Assembly (NCBI GenBank): GCA_964106645.2
Contig: OZ067046.1
Source of the DNA: Podarcis pityusensis
Taxonomy: Eukaryota
Length of the DNA: 64,000 nt
Direction: 5' to 3' (one strand)
The position numbers were made by a program, and so were the translations under genes. The notes below the pieces were generated by a model. It was not told the DNA's origin and did not search any database. It saw nothing but the letters and a program-made list of their open reading frames with translations. Shown here one piece after another: positions 63,936-64,000 of this stretch (positions are counted from its first letter, which is position 1; each line of letters begins with the position of its first letter).

Positions 63936-64000
63936 CCTGAAGGGCTTGAGAGACAGAGTCTCTTAATGACATCTATTCTCTCAAGTTTTCCTCAACACGG

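Overview
This is eukaryotic, repeat-rich genomic DNA from a squamate reptile. Sauria SINEs together with CR1, L1, L2, RTE and hAT elements point to a lizard; a lacertid is likely but inferred. There is a 185-N gap at 44216-44400. No complete protein-coding gene, rRNA, genuine tRNA gene or CRISPR array is visible. The long ORFs are LINE ORF2 remnants: L1 at 13728-14531 and L2 at 52756-~54005. The best host-gene evidence is a candidate 5' end on the + strand: GC boxes at ~43900, a possible first exon ending at 44079, and a clean 132-bp phase-0 exon at 45375-45506; I cannot name the gene. Several homeodomain/SOX/TCF-motif-rich unique blocks look like enhancers. The most distinctive features are hAT-type non-autonomous elements with intact 8-bp target-site duplications (TSDs). 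These include two ~98%-identical 147-bp MITEs carrying telomeric CCCTAA repeats, and a 1-kb element containing a mosaic of GC-rich, L1, CR1 and hAT fragments. I cannot show from sequence alone that any of this is an undescribed system. Family names come from pattern recognition, not database searches, and boundaries without a TSD are approximate.
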